This document shows, in pieces, positions 63,980 to 64,000 of a DNA stretch of 64,000 bases. A program made the translations under genes and the position numbers. Under the pieces are notes generated by a model. That model did not search any database. It was not told the origin of the DNA and saw only the letters and a list, made by a program, of their open reading frames with translations. The stretch lies in the IMG/VR virus record IMGVR_UViG_3300028602_000005, positions 190,911-254,910 of that record; one strand, 5' to 3'. Every line of letters begins with the position of its first letter. Within the stretch, counting starts at the first letter, position 1. The DNA comes from a virus (Duplodnaviria > Heunggongvirae > Uroviricota > Caudoviricetes).

Positions 63980-64000
63980 TTTAAATCTCCTTATCTTTTT

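Noticed and set aside
1-64000. Plus-strand ORFs in the six-frame track
   Set aside because: All are antisense shadows of minus-strand genes or tRNAs (e.g. 28967-29245) with biased composition and no motifs.
1-64000. Genome-wide reassignment of UGA or UAG
   Set aside because: Long conserved genes are uninterrupted in code 11, and both codons end genes at natural positions (ATGA overlaps; TAG after folE2, E1 and rtcB). The rtcB UGA is site-specific.

Overview
This very AT-rich 64-kb window has essentially all genes on the minus strand and looks like part of a jumbo bacteriophage genome. It encodes two independent multi-subunit RNA polymerases: an intact beta/beta' pair, and a second pair whose beta' is split after the trigger-loop His by a free-standing endonuclease gene. 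It also carries a complete PRTRC-type prokaryotic ubiquitin-like cassette (E2-fusion, JAB protease, E1, Ubl) plus a second E1/E2-like pair, replication/recombination genes (topoisomerase II A/B, SbcC/SbcD, UvsW-like helicase, RecA), cofactor genes (folE2, queD, nadE, coaD), baseplate genes and ten canonical tRNAs. The strongest signals are in the RNA/tRNA island (23.4-30.9 kb). (1) rtcB has an in-frame UGA exactly at the conserved metal-binding Cys, followed by a bacterial-SECIS-like hairpin, making it a candidate phage selenoprotein RNA ligase. (2) Two tandem D-arm-less, CCA-ending tRNA-like RNAs both display a CUA (amber-reading) triplet. (3) tRNA-Lys(UUU) and tRNA-Glu(UUC) both carry C33 instead of the near-universal U33. 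(4) Two further structured ncRNA candidates lie among the tRNAs. All calls come from motif reading and manual folding; no searches were run.
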